DNA of 64,000 bases, taken from an uncultured Verrucomicrobiae bacterium. Lineage in GTDB: Bacteria; Verrucomicrobiota; Verrucomicrobiia; Chthoniobacterales; UBA10450. Under the pieces are notes generated by a model that made no database searches, was not told the DNA's origin, and worked only from the letters and a program-made list of their open reading frames with translations. The position numbers were made by a program, and so were the translations under genes. The stretch is taken from NCBI GenBank assembly GCA_963801815.1, contig CAWDGJ010000002.1:352001-416000 (forward strand), written 5' to 3'. Shown here one piece after another: positions 1-8,966 of the stretch (positions within the stretch are counted from its first letter, which is position 1; each line of letters begins with the position of its first letter).

Positions 1-1
1 T

Positions 2-49
2 TCATGGGAAGTGACCAGTGACGAGTGGCGAGTGACCAGATTTGTTCAT
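2..49 (-). other. 15-aa repeat-derived bridging mini-ORF ([15 protein letters not shown]) built on GTCACT(C/G/T) heptamers
   Basis: ATG 49-47 overlaps the ABC ATPase TGA (48-46); its TGA 4-2 overlaps an ATG at 5-3, the presumed start of the next gene beyond the window edge. Confidence 0.45.
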
Positions 50-807
50 GACGGTGATTCAGAATCGATGGGAGCGATTTTTTCCAGCTCGGTGGTCGCA
101 ACCGAGCGCTGTGTGACATTGAAATCTTTCAGGATCAATCCGTCGCGCATCACGACGTTGCGCCGCGCATAGGCGGCAATGTCCTGCTCATGTGTCACCA
201 TAATGATGGTGATGCCGCGTTCGTTGAGCTGTTGGAAGATTCCCATAATCTCGACGCTCGTACGGCTATCGAGATTTCCGGTTGGCTCGTCCGCAAGAAC
301 GACTTCGGGATCGTTCACCAGCGCGCGGGCAATTGCGACACGCTGTTGTTGACCGCCGGAAAGCTGACTCGGGTGATGGTCTTCGCGTCCTCCAAGTCCA
401 ACCGAAGCCAAAACCGCGTCTGCCTTTTCGTGCAACTGCGCATTGGTCAGGCTGCGCGTCCCGTAAAGCAACGGGAGCTCCACGTTTTCGCGCGCGGAAG
501 TGCGCGGCAGCAAGTTGAAGCTTTGAAAAACGAACCCGAGCTTGTGATTTCGAATATCGGCTAGCTGGTCACGATCGAGCCCGGAAACATCGGCGTCGTC
601 GAGTAGGTAACGACCGGAGGTTGGGCGATCGAGACAACCAAGAATGTTCATCAGGGTCGATTTACCGGAGCCGCTTGCGCCCATGAGCGCGACAAATTCG
701 CCGCGCTGAATTTCAAGTGAAACGCCGCGAACTGCACGAACATCGACGTCACCGGTGTGATACGTCTTGTGAACGTCCACGAGTTTGACGACCTCTCCGT
801 TTTTCAT
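46..807 (-). CDS. ABC transporter ATP-binding protein (MacB/LolD-like)
   Basis: Walker A GASGSGKS, signature LSGGQQQR, Walker [10 protein letters not shown]-loop MVTHE. Confidence 0.95.
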   Translation of the reverse strand: MKNGEVVKLVDVHKTYHTGDVDVRAVRGVSLEIQRGEFVALMGASGSGKSTLMNILGCLDRPTSGRYLLDDADVSGLDRDQLADIRNHKLGFVFQSFNLLPRTSARENVELPLLYGTRSLTNAQLHEKADAVLASVGLGGREDHHPSQLSGGQQQRVAIARALVNDPEVVLADEPTGNLDSRTSVEIMGIFQQLNERGITIIMVTHEQDIAAYARRNVVMRDGLILKDFNVTQRSVATTELEKIAPIDSESPS

Positions 808-808
808 G

Positions 809-896
809 GGTGGATTGAGCGCTCCGCGCTCGATGTTAATCTTGGCGCCGGAGGCGCATACGTTTTTAGCATCGCCCGCGGAGCGGCCGATCCACC
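809..896. repeat. REP-like imperfect inverted repeat pair (GGTGGAT...CGATG / CATCG...ATCCACC)
   Basis: Arms 809-835 and 870-896 are near reverse complements; intergenic. Confidence 0.7.
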
Positions 897-919
897 TCGC
901 GCCGTTTCGTGTTTGCGAT

Positions 920-2116
920 TCATGGAAATCTGCGCGCGCCGCTAAACGGATTCGTTCCGGGCGAAGCAGCTGCGCTTGGCGCCGTCAGTTGCGCTATGAC
1001 GACGCTATCGCCCTCCTTCAAACCTTCGGTGACTTCGGTCATAATGCCGTCACTGATTCCGGTTTTGATTTGGACAGGTTTAGGCCGGCCAAATGATAAA
1101 ACGTAAACCGTACGGTCGGTTCGACGTTCGCGCGCTCCGGTTGGACGCTGACCACCAGCGCCGGGCGAAGATGCCGGTCGCGGTTGTGGCGCAGGCGCAG
1201 CTGCTGCATCCGCGGGACGATAGCGCAGAGCGGCGTTCTTGATCTGAAGCACGTTGTCTTTGTGCGCGATGATGATTGAAACATTCGCGGTCATCCCCGG
1301 CTTCAATTTCAGATCCTTGTTTTCAACGCCGATCACCGTGTCGTAAGTGACGACGTTCTGAACGGTGATCGGTGCGTTGCGCACTTGCACCACTTTTCCG
1401 TGAAACGTGCGCGTCGGAAACGCGTCGACCGTGAAATCGACGTCTTGTCCAACCTCAACCGCGCCGACGTCCGCTTCGGCCACATTGGAGTCGATCTGCA
1501 TTTTCGCGAGATCGTTTGCGATTTGGAAGATCACCGGCGCCTGCAAACTCGCGGCAACGGTTTGGCCGACGTCGACGCTGCGCGAAATCACTACGCCATC
1601 GATCGGCGACGTGATCGTGCAATGGTCGAGATCGGCCTTCGCTTTATCGAGCGCGCCTTGCTTGATCTTCACGGTTGCTTCGGCCTGATGCAGGCTCGCC
1701 ATGGCCGAATCGAGATCCTGCTGCGCGGAATTCTTTTGCGCGAAAAGCTTTTGGATTCGATCTGCATTCAGTTTCGCCAACTCCAGCGCGGCTTGCGTGC
1801 TGGCGAGATCGCCTTCAGCTTGGGTGACGGCAGCTTGGAACAACATCGGATCGATTTGGGCCACGGTCTGTCCAGCTTTCACTTCGGAATTAAAATCCGC
1901 GAACAGCTTAGCGATGTTTCCCGAGACCTGGCTGCCGACCTGTACGTTAACCACCGGATTCAAAGTCCCGGTTGCGGTGACAAGTTGCGTAATCGGTCCG
2001 CGAGTGACGTTGGCAGCTTGATAAGACGCAGCAGTGCTGGAGGTGCATCGCCTAACCACGAACAAGACGACGAGCAAAGCGACAATGATGACGCCAATGG
2101 GTAGAAAACGCTTCAT
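920..2116 (-). CDS. Efflux periplasmic adaptor subunit (MacA/HlyD family)
   Basis: N-terminal membrane anchor, VQVGSQVSG lipoyl half, coiled hairpin, TITSPIDGVV, LKPGMTANV. Confidence 0.92.
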   Translation of the reverse strand: MKRFLPIGVIIVALLVVLFVVRRCTSSTAASYQAANVTRGPITQLVTATGTLNPVVNVQVGSQVSGNIAKLFADFNSEVKAGQTVAQIDPMLFQAAVTQAEGDLASTQAALELAKLNADRIQKLFAQKNSAQQDLDSAMASLHQAEATVKIKQGALDKAKADLDHCTITSPIDGVVISRSVDVGQTVAASLQAPVIFQIANDLAKMQIDSNVAEADVGAVEVGQDVDFTVDAFPTRTFHGKVVQVRNAPITVQNVVTYDTVIGVENKDLKLKPGMTANVSIIIAHKDNVLQIKNAALRYRPADAAAAPAPQPRPASSPGAGGQRPTGARERRTDRTVYVLSFGRPKPVQIKTGISDGIMTEVTEGLKEGDSVVIAQLTAPSAAASPGTNPFSGARRFP

Positions 2117-2162
2117 GTAGGATGTGATTTGACTTGGACTGTAATTAAAATGACAGGCAGAC

Positions 2163-2960
2163 GTGGTTCGACGTTACATCGAGATCTATTCCATCATGCT
2201 TCGCAACTCGCTCATTCGCGAGATGAGTTTCAAGGCGAACTTTCTGCTTTGGATGCTGGTGGAAGTACTCTGGTTTGTCGGACAGATCGTTTTTTTCTCC
2301 ATCATCTTCAGCAATGTCGACCGCATCGGTGATTGGACAAAATGGGAAGTGGTCCTGCTCGTCGGCACGCACCAAATGATCTCACAGCTTTTCCAGGCGT
2401 TCTTTTTCGTCAACGTCGCCGCCATTCCTGAACTGGTGCGGACTGGAAAGCTCGACTCTCTCCTCGTCCTGCCAATCGACAGCCAATTTGCCGTTTCCAC
2501 GAAACAATTCGGACTCGACAGCGTCGTAAACGCGGCGGTCGGCGGCATGGTGGTCGGCGTTTCGCTGTCGAAACTTGGCTACGTGCCAACGACATTGTCG
2601 GTGGTGCTTTACTTCGTTGCGATTGGCTTCGGCATTGCAGTCCACTATTCGATTATGCTCAGCCTGGCCGCCGTCAGTTTTTGGATCGTGCGCGCGCAGG
2701 GTCTGGTCTACGGCTATTTCAATTTCCTGAACATCGCGCGTTACCCGGACTCGATTTATCCGCGCCTGTTCAAGTTCATCTTCAGCTGGATCATTCCAGT
2801 GGTTGTGGTTTCGAACGTGCCTGCGCGAGTGCTCGCCAAATCCTTTGGTCAGCCCTGGGGCCTCATGGCAAAATTGGTGATTGCGTCGACGATCATCGTT
2901 TGCCTGTCGCGCGCCTTTTGGTCGTTCGCCTTGAAGCGATATTCCAGCGCTAGTTCCTGA
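2163..2960 (+). CDS. ABC-2 type transporter permease
   Basis: About 6 hydrophobic segments; VRTGKLDSLLVLP and ARYP motifs of ABC-2 family 6 permeases. Confidence 0.8.
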   Translation: MVRRYIEIYSIMLRNSLIREMSFKANFLLWMLVEVLWFVGQIVFFSIIFSNVDRIGDWTKWEVVLLVGTHQMISQLFQAFFFVNVAAIPELVRTGKLDSLLVLPIDSQFAVSTKQFGLDSVVNAAVGGMVVGVSLSKLGYVPTTLSVVLYFVAIGFGIAVHYSIMLSLAAVSFWIVRAQGLVYGYFNFLNIARYPDSIYPRLFKFIFSWIIPVVVVSNVPARVLAKSFGQPWGLMAKLVIASTIIVCLSRAFWSFALKRYSSASS

Positions 2961-2963
2961 ATC

Positions 2964-3072
2964 TAACGACGAATCAACCCGAATGAGCACGAATCCGGCA
3001 AAGGCGGCTAGCAAAGCGATCTCTGCAGGAGTTTGTCGCTGATTCGTGGCTATCAGTGTCCATTCGTGGTTA
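2964..3072. repeat. Inverted cluster of (A)CACGAAT-type short repeats
   Basis: Three CGAAT units on the left, ATTCGTG units on the right; same family as 59565-59653. Confidence 0.7.
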
Positions 3073-3193
3073 AAACACGATGAACAAACGGCTCCGAAAA
3101 TCGTCAAATCTCCCCTTGCGATAATCAAGAATCGCTCTTAATTAAGCCTCCGTTTTTCCCGGCGGTCGCTCCGGCGACCGCCTTTTGAACTTT

Positions 3194-3805
3194 ATGGCCA
3201 CCGCAAAAAAGAAAAAAGTTACCGCTAAGAAAGCTGCCAGGAAGCCGGCACGGAAAATTTCTGCCAAAAAAGCGAGCGCCAGCCCGCGCGAGGCATTGAT
3301 CACCAGGAATAATCACGAGAAAAAGCTGTCACCTTTCATTCGCAAACAGAAGGACAAGCTCCTTCAACTGCGCGATGCCATGGTTGATTCCATGGCCGGC
3401 GTTGCGCAGGACACGCTGCGTTCACGCGCAGAAGGCAGTGAAGCGTCCGCATTTGGAATGCACCAGGCGGACGCTGGTTCCGACGCCTACGATCGCGATT
3501 TCGCGCTCAGCCTGCTTTCACAGGAACAGGATGCCCTTTATGAGATCGATCAGGCCCTCAAGCGGATCGAGGTCGGGACATATGGAGTTTGCGAGATGTC
3601 GGGTAAGCCAATCCCGCACGCGCGTTTGGAAGCGATCCCGTTTGCTCGATTCACGGTTGAATGCCAATCCCAGCTCGAGAAGCAGAGCAAGGCTTCGCGC
3701 GTCCGGCAATCGGTCACCTCGCTGTTCGGACTGACCGAAGACGAAGGCGGCGAAGGCGAAGCCGAAGAATCTGAAGCCACGCCCGCGCCCGAATCGAAGG
3801 AGTAA
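3194..3805 (+). CDS. dksA: TraR/DksA family transcription factor
   Basis: Lys/Ala-rich N-tail, HQADAGSD coiled-coil tip, [30 protein letters not shown]. Confidence 0.85.
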   Translation: MATAKKKKVTAKKAARKPARKISAKKASASPREALITRNNHEKKLSPFIRKQKDKLLQLRDAMVDSMAGVAQDTLRSRAEGSEASAFGMHQADAGSDAYDRDFALSLLSQEQDALYEIDQALKRIEVGTYGVCEMSGKPIPHARLEAIPFARFTVECQSQLEKQSKASRVRQSVTSLFGLTEDEGGEGEAEESEATPAPESKE

Positions 3806-3810
3806 CGGAC

Positions 3811-3984
3811 ATGGCCCAGGAAATTATCACCCTCGAGTGCACGGAAGCGAAAGCGCTGGGCAAACCGGTATCGCGCTACATGACCACGCGGAACAAGAAG
3901 AGCCCGCGCACCCCGAACCGGCTCGAGAAAAAGAAATACAACCCGCATCTGCGGAAGCACACGCTCCATCGCGAAACCAAGTAA
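3811..3984 (+). CDS. rpmG: 50S ribosomal protein L33 (57 aa, absent from ORF track)
   Basis: Hand translation [63 protein letters not shown] upstream. Confidence 0.95.
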   Translation: MAQEIITLECTEAKALGKPVSRYMTTRNKKSPRTPNRLEKKKYNPHLRKHTLHRETK

Positions 3985-3988
3985 TTTC

Positions 3989-4228
3989 ATGCAACCCAAG
4001 ACCGCCAAACGCCGTTCCGCATTTCGCCGCGCCAACCGGGCCATGCCCCGGCGCCGAATCGACATCTCAATCGAAGCGATCGATTACAAGAATCCCGACC
4101 TGCTGAAGAAGTTCGTGACCGAGAGCGGGAAGATTCTTCCCCGTCGCGTGACCGGAATGCCGGCGCATCTCCACCGCAAAATCACTCGCGAGATCAAACG
4201 CAGCCGGTCCGTGCTGCTGATGAAATAG
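3989..4228 (+). CDS. rpsR: 30S ribosomal protein S18
   Basis: [26 protein letters not shown] motif. Confidence 0.95.
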   Translation: MQPKTAKRRSAFRRANRAMPRRRIDISIEAIDYKNPDLLKKFVTESGKILPRRVTGMPAHLHRKITREIKRSRSVLLMK

Positions 4229-4251
4229 CGCTCGATCGCGCGCAATACTTT

Positions 4252-4301
4252 TGTAGGAGACGCTGTTAGCGTCTCATGGGAAGCCGGCGGCTTCCCATAC
4301 A
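4252..4301. repeat. GTAG-type REP-like doublet
   Basis: TGTAGGAGACGCTGTTAGCGTCTC and GGGAAGCCGGCGGCTTCCCATACA hairpins between convergent genes. Confidence 0.6.
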
Positions 4302-4455
4302 GTTCTAGAGGCGCTCGTCGCGGCGAGCGCCTATCTATTAATTCGGTGCTTGAGAACAAGCACCGCTACAACGCTGTTACTTCTTTTGACTGACGACGAT
4401 GCGATGACAGCGCACCAGCGAGGTAACCGATCAAAAGGGATATTCCGATCCTCTT

Positions 4456-4818
4456 CTACGCCTTCCGCGTCTTCTTGCCTTCGTCGATCAGTTTCCAGAA
4501 TTCGCGGGTCTTGCCGAGGGCCTGGTCTTCCGAGCCCGGAAGTTTTGAGCGGAAAAGGAAATCGCGAAACGTGTTCTTGTGCAGAACGCGATGAATCGTG
4601 ATTCCTTCCGGCATTTGCTCGAAATAGATCCGGTAATCTTTGGCGCGGTAACGATATAATTTTTTTCCTTCGCGTTCGATCACGCCGAAGTGCTTCGCGT
4701 CGAGCCGATCGAGATCTTCGGGTAGAATTTGAAACTCAGCCAGCAAATCGAGCTGCATCTTCTTTGGCAATGCCGACATCTCGGCCGCGCTCAGCTCGTT
4801 GAAAATGATCTGGAACAT
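4456..4818 (-). CDS. RelE/ParE-like protein
   Basis: MFQIIF N-terminal strand and LYRYRAKDYRIYF motif resembling RelE YRLRVGDYRI. Confidence 0.65.
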   Translation of the reverse strand: MFQIIFNELSAAEMSALPKKMQLDLLAEFQILPEDLDRLDAKHFGVIEREGKKLYRYRAKDYRIYFEQMPEGITIHRVLHKNTFRDFLFRSKLPGSEDQALGKTREFWKLIDEGKKTRKA

Positions 4819-4871
4819 CAAGAAGAAGTGATGAGTGACCTGTGACCTGTGACAAGCATTTTAACTCGAAA

Positions 4872-5960
4872 TCAAACGAACACTCGTTTAACCCGTTGGC
4901 CAATTCTTGTCGTAATTTCCCAAGTGATGGTGCCGGCTTTGTCCGCCAGCTCGATACACGGGATTTCGGCGTCGCCCTGGCGGCCCATTAACACGACTTC
5001 GGCGCCAGCATCGGCATCGGCGATGTGCGAAACATCAATCACCATCAAATCCATCGTCACGCGGCCGAGCAACGGGCATCGCTTGCCGCGAACCAACATT
5101 TCCGCGCCGCGATTGGAAAGATGTCGCGGATAACCGTCAGCATAACCGGCAGTCAATGTGGCAACTCGCATTGCGCTCGACGTGATGAACGTCCGACCGT
5201 AACTGATCGAAGCCCCTTTCGGCATACCACGGATCAACCCGATCCGAGTTTTCCAGGTCATGGCCGGTTTGAGCAGGTTTTGAAACTCGGGCAGAGGCGA
5301 AATTCCATAGAGAACCATTCCCGCGCGCACGATTTCGTCCACCGTTTCGCTGAACGCGAGTGTGCCCGCGCTTTGCAAGACGTGGGCTTTATAAGCGCCC
5401 GGAACCGTCGCGCGCATTTGCTGCACGATTTTACGAAACCGAACCAGCTCATCGCGCGTGTAGTCAGGATCGACATCGGAAACCGGCAGGTGTGTCGAAA
5501 CGCTGTGGATGTCGATCTTCGGCAATGTTGCGACACGTTTGAAAATTTCCGGCGCTTCTTGTTCGACCGCGCCCATTCGTCCCATTCCGGTATCGACTTT
5601 GAAATTGATCGACGTCTTACCGATGCGATCGAAGGCTGTCGCTTCGTCGAACGTGGAAATTGTCGGGATGAACCCGCGCTCGACGATGGTTGGCATTTCT
5701 TCTGGAAGCGAGGGGCCGAGGATGATCACTGGGAGATGAAATTTTTCTCGAAGCGCGAGCGCCTCCTCCAGATTCGCAACCCCGAATAGCTGAACATCGT
5801 TCGCGAGAGCTTCAGCGACGCCCATCAATCCGTGGCCGTAGGCGTTCGCTTTCACTACCGCGAGCATCTCGGCCTTACCGATCCGTTCGCGCACGATCTT
5901 CGCGTTGTGACGCAACGCACCACGATCGATCTCAGCCCAGCAACGATAATTCGGCGTCAT
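4872..5960 (-). CDS. alr: Alanine racemase
   Basis: AVVKANAYGHG PLP lysine, KVDTGMGRMG, GYADGYPR, GRVTMD. Confidence 0.97.
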   Translation of the reverse strand: MTPNYRCWAEIDRGALRHNAKIVRERIGKAEMLAVVKANAYGHGLMGVAEALANDVQLFGVANLEEALALREKFHLPVIILGPSLPEEMPTIVERGFIPTISTFDEATAFDRIGKTSINFKVDTGMGRMGAVEQEAPEIFKRVATLPKIDIHSVSTHLPVSDVDPDYTRDELVRFRKIVQQMRATVPGAYKAHVLQSAGTLAFSETVDEIVRAGMVLYGISPLPEFQNLLKPAMTWKTRIGLIRGMPKGASISYGRTFITSSAMRVATLTAGYADGYPRHLSNRGAEMLVRGKRCPLLGRVTMDLMVIDVSHIADADAGAEVVLMGRQGDAEIPCIELADKAGTITWEITTRIGQRVKRVFV

Positions 5961-6655
5961 TTCTTCGGAATCGTAATGTGCGGCTCGCGCAAATACATTG
6001 GCTCCAACGGGGGTTGCGAGAAATTCCGCCCCGCTTCTCCGACCAGGCTGGCCAATACCTTCGCTGAAGGAAAACGAAGCTCGGGCCGCTCGAATTGCGG
6101 AAGTTTCTCGGTCGTGAAGATCCGCATCGTGCGTTCGAGCTTATCCAGTTTTTCGCGCAATTCACCTTCGGTCATCAAATCCGGGCCTTCGATCAGATTA
6201 TTGTCGCGAATTGCAGCGAAGAAAAAGGTCTGACGCCGCGCGTCGCCGATCACGCAATATTCCTTCTTGTCGCAATCGATCGCACAGATCGATGGGAAAC
6301 CAATCAGGCGGATGGAGGGACGACCTCCGTGTCGTCCTTTATCGTTGGACGGGACAGAGCCCGTCCCTCCATAAGAAAGCCCGATTGCGGCTGAAATTGC
6401 GATCCGGGTTCCCGCGTAGGAGCCGGGGCCGAGTCCAACGATAATTGTGTCAGTCTTTCCAAATTGTTTGCGCACCTCAGTTAAATGTTCGAAGAACGGA
6501 CCGGAATTCTTTCGATCATTCGGCCACTCGCGATCGAATAGAAGATCGGTCGGCGAGGGCGCCGACCGTCGCACGCGAGGGCGCGTGCGCTCCCCAGAAT
6601 CGAACAACGCGAGACTTCCTTGCCCACTGGAAAGTTCGAGGGCGAGAATTTTCAT
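5957..6655 (-). CDS. tsaB: tRNA t6A biosynthesis protein TsaB, with two in-frame palindromic insertions
   Basis: MKILALELSS, VGLGPGSYAGTRI, IGDARRQ, LEPMYLR; adjacent to tsaE. Confidence 0.9.
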   Translation of the reverse strand: MKILALELSSGQGSLALFDSGERTRPRVRRSAPSPTDLLFDREWPNDRKNSGPFFEHLTEVRKQFGKTDTIIVGLGPGSYAGTRIAISAAIGLSYGGTGSVPSNDKGRHGGRPSIRLIGFPSICAIDCDKKEYCVIGDARRQTFFFAAIRDNNLIEGPDLMTEGELREKLDKLERTMRIFTTEKLPQFERPELRFPSAKVLASLVGEAGRNFSQPPLEPMYLREPHITIPKK

Positions 6656-6696
6656 TTGGTATAACTTGCTGACTTCAACGGGATTTTGCGCAGACA

Positions 6697-6835
6697 ATAG
6701 CCCAGCGTTTTAACGCTGGGTAACCGCGCCTCACCATTCGATCCAGTCCCGTTAGGGACGGCAGAACTCTCTTTCGTCCTGCGTGGACTCGATATTTGTA
6801 GCATCTTTAATCCCAGCGCTGAAGCGCTGGGCTAT
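6697..6835. repeat. MITE/REP-like composite palindrome (ATAGCCCAGCG...CGCTGGGCTAT with internal AGTCCC/GGGAC hairpin)
   Basis: Terminal inverted arms visible; lies inside a 211-bp insertion bounded by a 17-bp direct repeat. Confidence 0.75.
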
Positions 6836-6862
6836 CGCCAGAAACAGCAGGCGGGAGAATTT

Positions 6863-7276
6863 TCATTTGGTCGTAATCGCGCGTTGCGTCTCAGATTTCG
6901 TTTCAAACGAGATCCAACGAGCGGTTTTCGGAATCAAGTCCGAAAACCGATCCGCCCATTCGATGATCGACACGCCGTCGCCGAAAAAATATTCATCCAG
7001 CCCGAGTCGCTCGACCGAGTGACGATCTTCAAGTCGAAAAAAATCGAAGTGATAAATCGGCAGGCGTCCGCCGGAATACTCGTGAATCAGCGTGAACGTT
7101 GGACTGGTCGCAGTTGTTTTCGCCCCAAAGCCCGCGACCAAGCCTTTCACGAACTGGGTTTTGCCACTACCGAGGTCGCCCGTCAGCGCGAGAACGTCAC
7201 CGGCTTTCACAGTCCTCGCGATCTGGCACCCGAACGATTCGGTTTCGTCCGGGCTATTGGAAATGAACGTAGCCAC
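6863..7276 (-). CDS. tsaE: tRNA t6A biosynthesis ATPase TsaE
   Basis: GDLGSGKT, SPTFTL, YHFDFFRL, IIEWAD. Confidence 0.96.
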   Translation of the reverse strand: MATFISNSPDETESFGCQIARTVKAGDVLALTGDLGSGKTQFVKGLVAGFGAKTTATSPTFTLIHEYSGGRLPIYHFDFFRLEDRHSVERLGLDEYFFGDGVSIIEWADRFSDLIPKTARWISFETKSETQRAITTK

Positions 7277-8135
7277 GCGGAAGAAGTTCAGAGTTGAGAA
7301 TTGAGAGTTGAGAGAAGCAACCGATGCGCGTCAGCTGAACTTTGGGGAATTTTTTGCGCCAGGTGCGTTGAAGTCGTGCGCGGTCGCGCGGTGAGATAGC
7401 GAAAAGAAGTTCGTAATCCTCGCCGTCCGAAACGGCGTTGTTGATTGTTGCGCCAGCGGCGAGCGGCAATGCGTTCCTGTCGATCTTGAAGCCGACCTTG
7501 CTGGCCTTCGCTAAACGCGGGAGATCAGCGCCAAGACCATCGCTTAAATCCATCATCGCGTGAATGTGAAAATTCTTGGTGAGCCAGCGCGACTCATTGA
7601 TGCGCGGGACAAATCGCAGATGCTTTCCCCGCAACGAACCGCCAAGGCGTCCAGTAACGAAAAGATCGTCGCCTTTTTTTCCGCCGGCGCGCGAAACCCG
7701 GCGACCTCGTTCAACGAAACCCGACACGCTGACCGAAATGACAGCCGGTCCGCGGATGGCGCTGGTTTCGCCACCCACGATCGCGACATCGAATTTCGAC
7801 GCGGCGCGCTTCAAACTCCGATAGAGCTTCTTGACCCACGCTGTCGATCTTGTCGCGGGAACAATCAGCGTAATGAGCGCGAACTGCGGAATCCCCGACA
7901 CCGCGGCGAAATCACTCAGCGGCCGCATCATTGCTTTCGAGCCGACCAACTCGGGATCGCTCGAAGTTCTAAAATGGATTTTCTCGACCACGCAATCCGT
8001 TTTGAGCACGAGGAGGTTCTTCGCTCCGCGAAACGCAACGACCGCGCAATCATCGCCAATGACCTCGCGCGAACTGGGCAGTTCACGCAGCATCAACGCG
8101 AGCAGCGCGTTCTCACCGACACTGCTCAGTTTCAT
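7254..8135 (-). CDS. thiL: Thiamine-monophosphate kinase
   Basis: GDDCAV, SDFAA, IVGGET, MMDLSDGL, DGEDYELLF, GYVHF. Confidence 0.92.
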   Translation of the reverse strand: MKLSSVGENALLALMLRELPSSREVIGDDCAVVAFRGAKNLLVLKTDCVVEKIHFRTSSDPELVGSKAMMRPLSDFAAVSGIPQFALITLIVPATRSTAWVKKLYRSLKRAASKFDVAIVGGETSAIRGPAVISVSVSGFVERGRRVSRAGGKKGDDLFVTGRLGGSLRGKHLRFVPRINESRWLTKNFHIHAMMDLSDGLGADLPRLAKASKVGFKIDRNALPLAAGATINNAVSDGEDYELLFAISPRDRARLQRTWRKKFPKVQLTRIGCFSQLSILNSELLPRGYVHFQ

Positions 8136-8956
8136 TGCTGACTCAGTTCGGGAAACGCGAGAAAGATCAGCTGGGTTCCATTGAAAAGAGCGTGCATCGC
8201 CATCGAAACAAGGATCGACCCGCTCCATTCGTAGGCAAGGGTGAAACAACTGCCGAGGACGAACAATGGCGCGGCTGACGGCAGATGAGTATGCGCGGCC
8301 GCGAAGATCACAGCGTTGAAAACGAGCCCGACGGCGACGCCGAAGTAGCGACGCAGCACGCCGTAAATGAAAAATCGAAAAATGAATTCCTCGGAAATCG
8401 GCGCAACGACTACAGCCAAAACAATGATTGTGACTCTCTGTTCGATCGTCCGCGAGTTGGTAAACAGATCGACAATCTCTTGCTTGCTCGATTCACCACC
8501 GAGAAACGTTTGGGTCAAGCCTTCCGCGAGCAGAATCAACGGGGTCGCCGCGAGCAGGAGCACGATCGCTGTGCTAACCGCGCGTTTCAGGCTGGTCTTG
8601 GAAAATCCGGCTATCGTCTCAATGTCGATCCCGCGCACCTTCAAAACCGTCGCGATGAAAAAGACGACGAACAGCGTCACCATAAAATTCGCGACCAAAT
8701 CACGATTGTTTAATTGAACCGGCGAACGTCCAGCGGCGGCCGCGATATTCATCAAAAGAAACAAGATCAGAACCGCAGCCAGGAACGCCTCGAGCAATCC
8801 AAACGTCCGGACCGGTGGAGTATCGTTTGCCGGCGTCACTTGTGACTTTCTCGTGCTGATTTGACGGATCAGTGTCAGATAAATCGCGAGCCCGGCGACA
8901 ACGAGCAGGCCTACAACAAGATTTGCAAGCGCGCTGGAGAAGGCACTCGAAAGCAT
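8132..8956 (-). CDS. CPBP (CAAX protease/Abi) family intramembrane metalloprotease
   Basis: EEFIFR, FAAAH and MHALFN motifs. Confidence 0.9.
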   Translation of the reverse strand: MLSSAFSSALANLVVGLLVVAGLAIYLTLIRQISTRKSQVTPANDTPPVRTFGLLEAFLAAVLILFLLMNIAAAAGRSPVQLNNRDLVANFMVTLFVVFFIATVLKVRGIDIETIAGFSKTSLKRAVSTAIVLLLAATPLILLAEGLTQTFLGGESSKQEIVDLFTNSRTIEQRVTIIVLAVVVAPISEEFIFRFFIYGVLRRYFGVAVGLVFNAVIFAAAHTHLPSAAPLFVLGSCFTLAYEWSGSILVSMAMHALFNGTQLIFLAFPELSQQ

Positions 8957-8966
8957 TTCGTTCGAG

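Noticed and set aside
3100..3193. Zur box upstream of dksA-rpmG-rpsR
   Set aside because: No convincing palindrome matching known Zur operators
4456..4818. Complete type II toxin-antitoxin module
   Set aside because: No adjacent antitoxin ORF or operator palindrome
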